The position numbers and the translations under genes were made by a program. The notes under the pieces are model-generated. The model worked only from the letters and a program-made list of their open reading frames with translations. It was not told the origin of the DNA and ran no database searches. This document shows, in pieces, positions 23,147-31,567 of a DNA stretch of 35,849 nucleotides. The stretch spans positions 1 through 35,849 of the forward strand of contig CAYGYD010000003.1 of the NCBI GenBank assembly GCA_964354005.1. The letters run 5' to 3'. The stretch's first letter is position 1, and each line of letters opens with the position of its first letter. The stretch is from an uncultured Dehalococcoidales bacterium (lineage in GTDB: Bacteria; Chloroflexota; Dehalococcoidia; Dehalococcoidales; UBA2162).

Positions 23147-24976
23147 CTATTTTCCGGTCATCTGCTTCCTCAGAGACAGGTCCCGCGAAGTGTATTTTTG
23201 CGTGAGCCAGTAATTGTAGTAGCCGACGCAATATTCACCGTGGTAGTTCTTTACCCAGGGCCACCACATGGTGTAGAGATACGCGTTCGGCTTGGGTATG
23301 ACATAGCACTGCTCAAGGAGGTACGGCATCAGGTCACGGTTGATTTGCATACACTTCATTTCGTCGATACCAACATATTTCTGCATCTCCAGGTAGGCCG
23401 CTTCGACGACGGAGTCATTTACGTAGCTTGGGTTGTAAATGCTACTACCTCTGAAGTTAATCATCTTCTGGTAGGTGCCGACGCCCGAAACCGCCACGTA
23501 CATAAACTCATTCGCGCCGTAGTTCCTTGCCGAGAACCTGGCAGTCCAGACGGCAACGTCTTTAGAATCGATTGTCAGGTCGATGCCGACCTTCGCCAGG
23601 TCAGACTTAAACATCGACATTACGTCTATATGGGCGGCGTAAGGCCCACAGATTACGCTGGATTTGAAGCCAGTGGGGTAGCCGGCTTTGGCGAGAAGCT
23701 CCTTAGACTTGGCCACATCGGGCCCTTTATAGAGCGCCTGGACATCCGCCGGAAGCTGGTCAAGCGGGACATAAAGGTCCTTGTATTCCTTGGGTGGTGG
23801 TGCTATCGGCCAGACCAGTAGCTCGGCGTCACCCATGTAGTACTGGTCCTTTACCGCCGTCAGGTTCAGGGCCAGCATTACCGCCTGGCGGACTTCTTTC
23901 TTGCTGAATGGTGACGCCGCCATGTCTGTCCTCATGCCCATGACCTCACTGCCATCAGTCATGAATCTCTTGGACTGTATCTTAAGCGTGGGGTCGTTCA
24001 AGACAGTTCCTATGTCAGAGAGTGACCGGCCGGCCAGCGAGTCAAGCTTGCCGGTGCGAAATGCTGATACTGTGGTGGGAACGTCTGGTATAATCAGGTA
24101 ATTAACCCCATCCACGTAGGGCAGCTGGTCCCCCTTCCCTGGGCCAACGGGGTTCTTCTCCCAGTAGTTCGGGTTCCTGATGTAGGTCGCGGAACCGTTG
24201 GAAACGAAGTCGGTCATAATGAATGGCCCGGTGCCGACGCTGTTGTGCCAGTCCTGCATATTGCCGTATTTGTTAACTACTTCAGGCGGAAATATGTGCA
24301 TATAGTCGGGTACCAGGGTTATCAAGTTGACCCACTCCGCCACGGGGCAGGTGACCGTAACCGTCCCGGTGGCATTATCGCCCGTGACCACGGCGCTCTT
24401 AGCCATGGCGGGGTAAGCCAGCGTGAAATAAGCCCCTTTGGTTGTGAATGCCCGCTTCAGGCAAAAGACAACATCGTCCACCGTCAGTTCCCGGCCATTG
24501 ACCAGCCGGCTTGCCTCGCTCTTGGAGTTAAGTGCATAGTGGACCCCTTTGCGGATGTGGAAGATTATCGTGCCTTGTTGCGGTATCTCCCAGCTCTCTG
24601 CCAGACAGCCGGCCTTCTGGTCCATGCGGTTACTGCCGGCCAGCGTCCACTCGACCTCGCCGGTGCCGGCCGGACCCTTCGCCCAGTCACCCTGCAATAA
24701 CTCCTCATTGGTGAAGCGAAGGCTCCAACAATAAATGTTAGCATTGACAGTGTCGTCAAAATACAGTATGTCATATTGCGACGAGACGACAGCCGTGCCT
24801 CCATACTGTGGCTTTTCTTCCCCTGGCGCTGTGGTGGGTGGTGCTGTTGTCGGGGGCGCTGTCGTGGGTGGTGTCGTTGTTGCCGGCGGTGGCGTGGTAG
24901 TCTCCTCACCGCAGGCGGCCAGTACCAGAGCAGTCACCGCCAGACAGGCTATCACCATCCATATTATCCTTTTCAC
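23147..24976 (-). CDS. ABC transporter substrate-binding lipoprotein, family 5 (DppA/OppA/NikA type), copy A
   Basis: 609 aa with a GTG start. The signal peptide ends in the lipobox LAAC. A Thr/Pro-rich tether follows. VGTGPFIMTDFV...NPNYWEK matches SBP_bac_5. Confidence 0.85.
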   Translation of the reverse strand: MKRIIWMVIACLAVTALVLAACGEETTTPPPATTTPPTTAPPTTAPPTTAPGEEKPQYGGTAVVSSQYDILYFDDTVNANIYCWSLRFTNEELLQGDWAKGPAGTGEVEWTLAGSNRMDQKAGCLAESWEIPQQGTIIFHIRKGVHYALNSKSEASRLVNGRELTVDDVVFCLKRAFTTKGAYFTLAYPAMAKSAVVTGDNATGTVTVTCPVAEWVNLITLVPDYMHIFPPEVVNKYGNMQDWHNSVGTGPFIMTDFVSNGSATYIRNPNYWEKNPVGPGKGDQLPYVDGVNYLIIPDVPTTVSAFRTGKLDSLAGRSLSDIGTVLNDPTLKIQSKRFMTDGSEVMGMRTDMAASPFSKKEVRQAVMLALNLTAVKDQYYMGDAELLVWPIAPPPKEYKDLYVPLDQLPADVQALYKGPDVAKSKELLAKAGYPTGFKSSVICGPYAAHIDVMSMFKSDLAKVGIDLTIDSKDVAVWTARFSARNYGANEFMYVAVSGVGTYQKMINFRGSSIYNPSYVNDSVVEAAYLEMQKYVGIDEMKCMQINRDLMPYLLEQCYVIPKPNAYLYTMWWPWVKNYHGEYCVGYYNYWLTQKYTSRDLSLRKQMTGK

Positions 24977-25095
24977 TTCTTACCTCCGTTTTTTGGTTCA
25001 ATTAGTCTACTCAAATTACGCTTCATCCTCACATATTACCCCTCCATTCTGTATTTGATTTGTTTCATCTTATTACGGGTCTGTGGGCGTTAAGC

Positions 25096-26037
25096 TCATG
25101 CCTTTGGCATTCTCTTCTTTACACCTCCGTAGCGCCCAAGGCCTCCTCTCAGCCTGGGGTCCAGCAGGTCTCTCAGGGCATCCCCGAACATGTTGATGCC
25201 GTAGACCACAATCGCCAGGGCCAAGCCGGGCCATAGTGCCAACTGTGGAGCCTGGAACATATCCAGGCGTCCCTGACTGAGCATGCCACCCCAGCTGGGA
25301 ATCGGCGGGGGAATACCGTAGCCGAGGAAGCTTATACTTGACTCAACGAGGATAGAACTCCCGATACTTACAGTGAATATGATAATCAGGGGAGCCATAA
25401 TATTGGGCAAGAGATGCCGGATGAGTATCCTCCAGGTGGGACAGCCGATTGACCTGGCTGCCTCAACATAAACATTCTCCTTGACGGCGATAACGGCGCT
25501 TCTGATTGTCCTTGAACCAGTAATGCCATACAGTACACCCAGGACTATTATCATCTGAAGAATACCCGGTCCGAGGATGGCCATTATTGTCAATATGATG
25601 AATATACCCGGGAAGCACATCCAGGCATCAACAAATCGCTGAATTATCAGGTCGGTTTTGCCACCTGCAAAACCGGAAATGAGACCTATAATTGCATTCA
25701 GCACGACTCCGATGGTACTGACTCCCAGACCGACATACATGGAGATACGAGCTCCGTAGATGATACGGCTGAGCACATCCCGTCCCAAATTATCTGTTCC
25801 CAGCCAGAAATGTGCTGTTGATGAACCCAGCTTGGGTCCTACCCAGACCTCGTTGTAGCCATAAGGGGCCAGCCAGTTGGCAAAGATGCCAGCCAGCAGC
25901 AGCAGCAGAACGATGGCGGCACCCACTGTACCCAGCGGCTTCTCCCTGACGAGTCTTATAAACACATCAATCAGGAAAGGACGCCGCTTCTCTGCCGCAA
26001 ACGCACCAACCTCTACACTTCTTATACCCTCGGCCAT
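25096..26037 (-). CDS. ABC transporter permease, DppC/OppC type, copy A
   Basis: 313 aa. LGTDNLGRDVLSRIIYGARIS and the EAA-type loop AARSIGCPTWRILIRHLLPN are present. Confidence 0.85.
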   Translation of the reverse strand: MAEGIRSVEVGAFAAEKRRPFLIDVFIRLVREKPLGTVGAAIVLLLLLAGIFANWLAPYGYNEVWVGPKLGSSTAHFWLGTDNLGRDVLSRIIYGARISMYVGLGVSTIGVVLNAIIGLISGFAGGKTDLIIQRFVDAWMCFPGIFIILTIMAILGPGILQMIIVLGVLYGITGSRTIRSAVIAVKENVYVEAARSIGCPTWRILIRHLLPNIMAPLIIIFTVSIGSSILVESSISFLGYGIPPPIPSWGGMLSQGRLDMFQAPQLALWPGLALAIVVYGINMFGDALRDLLDPRLRGGLGRYGGVKKRMPKA

Positions 26038-26052
26038 TTTCGGTTTCTCCCT

Positions 26053-27045
26053 CTACCGGTAGCGAATCCTGGGGTCCAGCCAGGCATAGCTCACGTCAAC
26101 CAGCAGATTGACCACCAGAATGACGCTGGCCAATACCAGGTTCACTCCTGAGACTATCGGGTAATCTCTCGCACTAAGAGAGTCAAGCAGGAGCCGTCCC
26201 ATCCCGGGCAGGACGAATATCTGCTCCATGATAACCGAGCCCCCGATTAGAACGGGTAACTGGAGCCCGACAATAGTCACTACTGGAATCAGGGCGTTCT
26301 TCAGGGCATGCCTGACGACGACTACGCTTTCGCGCAGACCCTTTGACCAGGCCGTCCGGATGTAGTCCTGCCGGAGCACCTCCAGCATCATGGTGCGCGT
26401 CATTCTCATGGCGGTGCCGGACATGGCCATGCCCATAAGTATCCCCGGGATTATGAATTGTTTCAAGTTGGCCCACAAATCCCGGGTGATGGGGTAGTAT
26501 ACTACCGGGGGCGTCCAATGCCACCACATTGAGGGGAAGACGAAAACCATAGTGGCAATCCAGAAGCTGGGGACGGCGATGCAGAATATGGCAAAGCTAC
26601 GCCCAAAGTAGTCGCCTGCCGTATCCTGCCGTATTGCTGAGTAGATACCTATGGGGAAGGCCAGCAGCAGCCCGGTTATTATGGCTATAATGCCAAGTTC
26701 CAGGGATATTGGGATGCGCTTAAATATCTCATCGCGTATTACGCGCTGTGACCAAAGTGACTTACCAAGGTCACCCTCGAAGACACCGGAAAAGGCGCCA
26801 TCCTTCTGCGGCCATGCTCCCAGCCAGCGCAGGTACTGCTTCCAGATTGGCACATCCAGGCCCAGTTGCTCCCTGACGATGACAACCATTTCCTCCATAC
26901 TCACATCCGATTCTCTGTACCTGTCCGCCACCATCAATTCTACTAGCGAGCCCGGAATGAAACGAACGGAAAGGAAGACTATTATGGTGACGAGAAAAAG
27001 GGTGGGAATTATCAGCAGGAGTCGCCTGATAATATAAGTGTGCAC
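26053..27045 (-). CDS. ABC transporter permease, DppB/OppB type, copy A
   Basis: 330 aa with a GTG start preceded by AGGAGG. MHTYIIRRLLLIIPTLFLVTIIVF and DYIRTAWSKGL match the DppB consensus. Confidence 0.85.
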   Translation of the reverse strand: MHTYIIRRLLLIIPTLFLVTIIVFLSVRFIPGSLVELMVADRYRESDVSMEEMVVIVREQLGLDVPIWKQYLRWLGAWPQKDGAFSGVFEGDLGKSLWSQRVIRDEIFKRIPISLELGIIAIITGLLLAFPIGIYSAIRQDTAGDYFGRSFAIFCIAVPSFWIATMVFVFPSMWWHWTPPVVYYPITRDLWANLKQFIIPGILMGMAMSGTAMRMTRTMMLEVLRQDYIRTAWSKGLRESVVVVRHALKNALIPVVTIVGLQLPVLIGGSVIMEQIFVLPGMGRLLLDSLSARDYPIVSGVNLVLASVILVVNLLVDVSYAWLDPRIRYR

Positions 27046-27137
27046 CGTGCCCTCCTACTTTTATCAGCCTTAAGGTAAGGCGTCAACTGCTATCCGCACA
27101 CAACGCGCTTGTGGCCGATGCCACCGACTTGCTAAGA

Positions 27138-27166
27138 ATTATCAGGCAGTCTGTCTGGTTTGTCAA
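27138..27166 (-). promoter_or_regulatory. sigma70-like promoter of transporter copy A (TTGACA-17-GATAAT)
   Basis: On the reverse strand, TTGACA is at 27161-27166 and GATAAT at 27138-27143. The same geometry is conserved in copy B. Confidence 0.55.
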
Positions 27167-27301
27167 GCGGTATTACTGGCCAGCATTATAGATGATAGCA
27201 GAAATATCATGGAGACGGGAGGTATTATCAATATCCCGGGGTAAACTGAAGTTCTATCGCCCGTTCCGGCCCGCTTCTCCGGCCGTGGCATAACAATGCT
27301 A

Positions 27302-27334
27302 CTGGGGCCGGAAGCCGTGAACTCCCGGCCCCAG
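27302..27334 (-). terminator. hairpin after binding-protein gene copy B (CTGGGGCCGG-13-CCGGCCCCAG)
   Basis: A perfect 10-bp stem lies 12 nt after the stop at 27346. There is no clear U-tract. Confidence 0.4.
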
Positions 27335-27345
27335 TATAGCTCGGT

Positions 27346-29148
27346 CTATCTTCCAGTCAACTGCTTCTTCAGGTCCTGGTCAATCCAGACATACTTGGTA
27401 TAGGTGCTCCAGTTATAGTAGCCGACATTCCATTCACCATGGTAGTTCTTTACCCACGGCGTCCAGAATTCATGGTAATAGGGCCAGGGCGGTGCTATAA
27501 CATAAGCCTGGTCCAGCAGGTACGGCATTAGCTCCGCGTGCAGTTGGTCCATCTTGGGTTCGTCAAAGAGTAGTGTCTCCATCTTCGTGCGTGCTTCCTC
27601 CACCTTGGGGTCATTGATGTAACTGGCGTTATACTGAGCCGGACCCCGGATGTTAATCATCTTGTAGTAGGTGCCGATGCCGGAGACATAGGTATAGAGC
27701 ATAGAATCGAAGTTCCGGGAGACCAGTATTGAGGTCCAGACGGCGTACTCCTTGGCGTCAATCGTCACATCAACCCCGACCTTGGCCCACATGCCTTTGA
27801 GGAGAGACATCAGGTCGGTCTGCGACGATGTGTTGTAGCAGACCAGTTTGGCTTTAAAGCCGCTGGGGTAGCCGGCCTCCGCCAGAAGCTGTTTGGCTTT
27901 GTCCGGATTATACCCTTCATATAGTTCCCTCACTGACGCCGGGAGCTGCTCCAGGGGCACAAAGGCATTCTTGTATTCTTTGGTCTTTATTACTGGCCAG
28001 TTCAGCAGCTCAGCGTTACCGCCGTAGTAGGTGTTCTTTATCTGGTCTTTGTCCAGAGCCAGGCAGAGAGCCCGCCGCACCCGGATATCGGAGAAAGGTG
28101 AGTCCTTTTTGTCTTGCCTCATGCAGATGGGATAGACGGAGTCCCACTGGTAGGTGGTAAATTTTAGCTCCGGATTGGTCTTCTTGATATTGGCGGCGTC
28201 ATCCCAGGCAACACTGTCTACGCGGTCAAGCTTGTGTGTCCGCAGTGCCGAATAGCGGGTAGACATGTCCGGTATTATCAGCATCTTGACGCCGTCCAGG
28301 TAGGGCAGCTTATTTCCCTTCCCCGGGCCAACGGGGTCTTTCTCCCAGAAATCGGGGTTCTTGACATAGGTCACTGAGGCGTTGGAGACGTAGTCGGTCA
28401 TCATAAAGGGCCCGGTGCCAACGCTGTTCCGCCAGTCCCTCATGTCTCCGTACCTCTCCACCACTTCGTGCGGTATTATGGCGGCATAATCAGGGTACAG
28501 GCTTACGGCGTCGCCAAAATACTCTGGCTGGCATTTGATGACCACGGTCCACTTGTCCGGCGCGGTTACGGTGGTGGTTTTGGCCATCCCGGAGTACTGC
28601 ACCCGGAAATATGAGGTGGGTAGCGTGCTGTAGCGGGTGAGGGAGTAGACTACATCATCAGCGGTGAGCTCCCGGCCGCTTACCAGCTTGCTCGCCGCAC
28701 TGTTTGGGTTCAGGGCCCACTTGATTCCCTGGCGGATGTGGAAAATCATAGTTTGCTTATCCGGTATCTCCCAGCTTGTCGCAATGGAGGGTGCCTTGCC
28801 GTCCACACGGTTGACACCACCCAGTATCCAGTCGAACTCACCCGTGCCGGCGGCACCTCTGGCCCAGTCACCCTGCCACAGTTCCTCATTGGTGAGCTTC
28901 AGAGTATAGGTCAAATAATGAGCGGTAAACCCCTCATCAAAACCCAGTACATCCACGGTAAGGCCAAGAGTCATCACGCCGCCGTATTGTGGCTGTCCCG
29001 TCGGCGGCTTCGTGGTAGGCGGTGCGGTGGTTGGTGGTGTCGTTGTTGTTGGCGGTGGTGTCGTTGTCGCTGCCGGGCCACAGGCGGCCAATACGAGAGC
29101 GGTCACGGCCAGACAAGCCATTACCATCCATACCATTTTCCTTTTCAC
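27346..29148 (-). CDS. ABC transporter substrate-binding lipoprotein, family 5, copy B
   Basis: 600 aa with a GTG start, lipobox LAAC and a Thr/Pro tether. It is colinear with copy A, sharing blocks such as NSVGTGPF.MTD.VSN, PVGPGKG..LPY.DGV and TPWVKNYHGE. Confidence 0.85.
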   Translation of the reverse strand: MKRKMVWMVMACLAVTALVLAACGPAATTTPPPTTTTPPTTAPPTTKPPTGQPQYGGVMTLGLTVDVLGFDEGFTAHYLTYTLKLTNEELWQGDWARGAAGTGEFDWILGGVNRVDGKAPSIATSWEIPDKQTMIFHIRQGIKWALNPNSAASKLVSGRELTADDVVYSLTRYSTLPTSYFRVQYSGMAKTTTVTAPDKWTVVIKCQPEYFGDAVSLYPDYAAIIPHEVVERYGDMRDWRNSVGTGPFMMTDYVSNASVTYVKNPDFWEKDPVGPGKGNKLPYLDGVKMLIIPDMSTRYSALRTHKLDRVDSVAWDDAANIKKTNPELKFTTYQWDSVYPICMRQDKKDSPFSDIRVRRALCLALDKDQIKNTYYGGNAELLNWPVIKTKEYKNAFVPLEQLPASVRELYEGYNPDKAKQLLAEAGYPSGFKAKLVCYNTSSQTDLMSLLKGMWAKVGVDVTIDAKEYAVWTSILVSRNFDSMLYTYVSGIGTYYKMINIRGPAQYNASYINDPKVEEARTKMETLLFDEPKMDQLHAELMPYLLDQAYVIAPPWPYYHEFWTPWVKNYHGEWNVGYYNWSTYTKYVWIDQDLKKQLTGR

Positions 29149-29257
29149 TTCTTACCTCCCTTATTTTTGCTGAATGAGTCTCCTCAAATCGCGTTTCACC
29201 CTCACATATTACCCCTCCATTCTGTATTTGTTTCATCTTATTATGGGTCGGTGGGCG

Positions 29258-30202
29258 CTAAGCTTGTGCTTTTGGCATTCTCTTCTTTACACCTCCGTAA
29301 CGGCCGAGGCCGCCCCTCAACCTTGGGTCAAGCAGGTCTCTAAAGGCATCGCCCAGCATGTTGATACCGTAGACGACAACCGCCAGGGCCAGGCCGGGCC
29401 ACAGTGCCAACCAGGGCGCCATGAGCATATACCGGCGTCCGCCTTCACTGAGCATGCCGCCCCAGCTCGGCGTCGGGGGCGGAATACCGTAGCCGAGGAA
29501 GCTGATGCTGGCTTCGGTGATAATCGCGGCCCCCATAGTTATGGTGAAAAGGATCATTATGGGCGCCATAACATTGGGCAGGATATGCCGGAGAAGTATC
29601 CTCCAGGTGGGACAGCCAACCGCTTTGGCCGCCTCAATGTAGATATTGGTTCGAGTGCCGATAACAGCGCTTCGTATTACCCTTGACTGGCCGATGCCAT
29701 ACAATAGTCCCAGGACTATTATCACCTGCACCAAACCCGGGCCAACGACCGCTATTATGGCGAGGATGAGAAACAGTGGTGGCAGGCACATCCAGGCATC
29801 AACAAATCGCTGAATCACCGTGTCAACCCTACCGCTGAGGTAGCCGGAAACAATTCCGATGACGGCCGCCAAAGCTGTGGCGATAGCGGAAGTGCCCAGC
29901 CCGACATACATGGAGATGCGCGCCCCGTAGATGATGCGACTGAGCAAGTCCCTCCCAAGATTGTCTGTGCCCAGAAGGTTACTGATTGAAGGCGGACTCA
30001 GGCGCTCCGCCACATAGATTTCATTATAACCATAGGGAGCCAGTATGTTAGCCAGAATGCCCACCACCAGCAGCAGGAGAACTATGACTCCGCCGACTGT
30101 CCCCAGCGGTTTTTCCTTGACCAGCCTGATGAACAGGTCAACCAGAAAGGGGTATCTCTTGGCCTCCTTGGCTCTCAAAGGCATTGCTACCGCGCCGTTC
30201 AT
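29258..30202 (-). CDS. ABC transporter permease, DppC/OppC type, copy B
   Basis: 314 aa. The C-terminus DLLDPRLRGGLGRYGGVKKRMPKA is identical to copy A. Confidence 0.85.
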   Translation of the reverse strand: MNGAVAMPLRAKEAKRYPFLVDLFIRLVKEKPLGTVGGVIVLLLLVVGILANILAPYGYNEIYVAERLSPPSISNLLGTDNLGRDLLSRIIYGARISMYVGLGTSAIATALAAVIGIVSGYLSGRVDTVIQRFVDAWMCLPPLFLILAIIAVVGPGLVQVIIVLGLLYGIGQSRVIRSAVIGTRTNIYIEAAKAVGCPTWRILLRHILPNVMAPIMILFTITMGAAIITEASISFLGYGIPPPTPSWGGMLSEGGRRYMLMAPWLALWPGLALAVVVYGINMLGDAFRDLLDPRLRGGLGRYGGVKKRMPKAQA

Positions 30203-30218
30203 TTCAGCTCCCTTGTGT

Positions 30219-31175
30219 CTATCGGTATTGAACCCTGGGGTCTAAATAGGCGTAGATAAGGTCAATTACCAGGTTAACGATTAGGACAAAAGCAGCCATG
30301 ACCAGGTTTATCCCGGAAAGGATGGGATAGTCCCTTCGGCCCAGAGCCTCAACGAGATAACGACCTACGCCGGGGAGGACAAATATCGTCTCCATGATGG
30401 CTGACCCGCCAATCAGAATGGGTATCTGAAGTCCGATTATGGTCACCACCGGTATCAGTGCATTCTTCAAGGCATGCCGGGTAACAACTACTCTTTCCGC
30501 CAGCCCTTTTGACCAGGCCGTCCGTATGTAATCTTGCCTCAGTACCTCCAGCATCATGGTGCGTGTCATTCTCATGGTGGTGCCGGACATGACCATCCCC
30601 ATAATGACGCCCGGGATGATGAATTGGACCATATTGGCGGCCGGGTTGCTGGTAAAGGGGATGTACTCCATTGACGGCGTCCAGTTCCACCAGACCGACG
30701 GAAAGACGATGACCATTGTCCCCAGCCAGAAGCTGGGGAGAGAGATACAGAGTATGGCGAAGGAACGCCCCATGTAGTCACCGCCGGTGTCCTGCCGTAT
30801 GGCCGAATATATGCCGATGGGGAGGGCAATAAGCAACGCGGTTATTATTGCCAGGACGCCGAGTTCAAAGGATATCGGCAGTTTCGCGGCCAACTCTGTA
30901 GTTATGCTGCGGCCGCTCCACAGGGACTCGCCCAGGTCACCGCGAAAGGCAGACCCGACCCACTGCCCGTACTGGACATAAATCGGCACATCCAGCCCCA
31001 TCTCGTGCCGTAAGCGCAGAATGGCTCCCTCACGGTCTTCCGTCACGCCCATCTCAGAGACCATAATGTCAATAACATCGCCCGGAACGAAGCGGACTGA
31101 CAGGAAGACTATTATGGTGACGAGAAACAGGGTGGGAATTATCAGCAGGACTCGTCTGATAATATAAGTACGCAC
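30219..31175 (-). CDS. ABC transporter permease, DppB/OppB type, copy B
   Basis: 318 aa with a GTG start. MRTYIIRRVLLIIPTLFLVTIIVFLSVRF is near-identical to copy A. Confidence 0.85.
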   Translation of the reverse strand: MRTYIIRRVLLIIPTLFLVTIIVFLSVRFVPGDVIDIMVSEMGVTEDREGAILRLRHEMGLDVPIYVQYGQWVGSAFRGDLGESLWSGRSITTELAAKLPISFELGVLAIITALLIALPIGIYSAIRQDTGGDYMGRSFAILCISLPSFWLGTMVIVFPSVWWNWTPSMEYIPFTSNPAANMVQFIIPGVIMGMVMSGTTMRMTRTMMLEVLRQDYIRTAWSKGLAERVVVTRHALKNALIPVVTIIGLQIPILIGGSAIMETIFVLPGVGRYLVEALGRRDYPILSGINLVMAAFVLIVNLVIDLIYAYLDPRVQYR

Positions 31176-31267
31176 CCTACCCTCCCCTTTCCTTAGCCTT
31201 AGAGTAAGGCCTTAACTGCTATCCGAACACAACTTGCTTCGGTCGATGCCACTGTCTTAGTTAAGAA

Positions 31268-31296
31268 TTATTACCCACTTTCCACTAGGTTGTCAA
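31268..31296 (-). promoter_or_regulatory. sigma70-like promoter of transporter copy B (TTGACA-17-TAATAA)
   Basis: On the reverse strand, TTGACA is at 31291-31296 and TAATAA at 31268-31273. It sits at the position homologous to the copy A promoter. Confidence 0.5.
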
Positions 31297-31527
31297 ATGG
31301 TATTACTGGCCGGCATCACGGATGATATCAGAAGTATCACGGAGACGGCGGGTATTACCAATATCCCGGTGTAAACCGCTGGTGACAATAGCAATCGCCG
31401 AATCGCGCTCGGGCTCGGCGAAGCCAGCGAGGCGTTTTGGGACTGTTCGTGATTAGTTTAGTGTCGGGCTAACCTGTCCTGTTTCTTATCCGGCAAAAAG
31501 CAGTGGGGAACTCCCGGAGGTTTTCTT

Positions 31528-31557
31528 TTGCCAAGAGTTATCTTACTGTGGTAATCT
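31528..31557 (+). promoter_or_regulatory. possible promoter TTGCCA-18-TAATCT for the BCR-like cluster
   Basis: TTGCCA at 31528-31533 and TAATCT at 31552-31557. The leader before AAAGGAAAG-ATG 31568 would be very short. Confidence 0.3.
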
Positions 31558-31567
31558 GAAAGGAAAG

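Larger units (their letters stand above)
23147..31380 (-). repeat. tandem duplication: two copies of about 4.1-4.2 kb carrying promoter-leader, DppB-like, DppC-like, intercistronic element and SBP
   Basis: Homologous landmarks are offset by 4130-4172 nt (27045/31175, 26037/30202, 24976/29148). The non-coding parts 27046-27250 vs 31176-31380 and 24977-25095 vs 29149-29257 also align. Confidence 0.9.

Noticed and set aside
23028-23231. N-terminal extension of the acyl-CoA synthetase (646-aa version)
   Set aside because: It would overlap the 3' end of the binding-protein gene and span a hairpin terminator. MAKTEGR at 23027 has an SD and matches where AMP-ligase homologues usually begin.
23198-24700. 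Plus-strand ORFs 23198-23821, 24245-24700, 24735-25058 and 28738-29343
   Set aside because: They lie antisense to the two binding-protein genes. Their translations are Arg/Gly/Val-rich low-complexity sequence, including the complement of the Thr/Pro repeats.
25046-25078. Small ORF MKQIKYRMEG in the permease-SBP spacer (reverse strand, about 25046-25078)
   Set aside because: A 5-nt indel between the two duplicated spacers shifts the frame, so the peptide is not conserved. The conservation is at nucleotide level.
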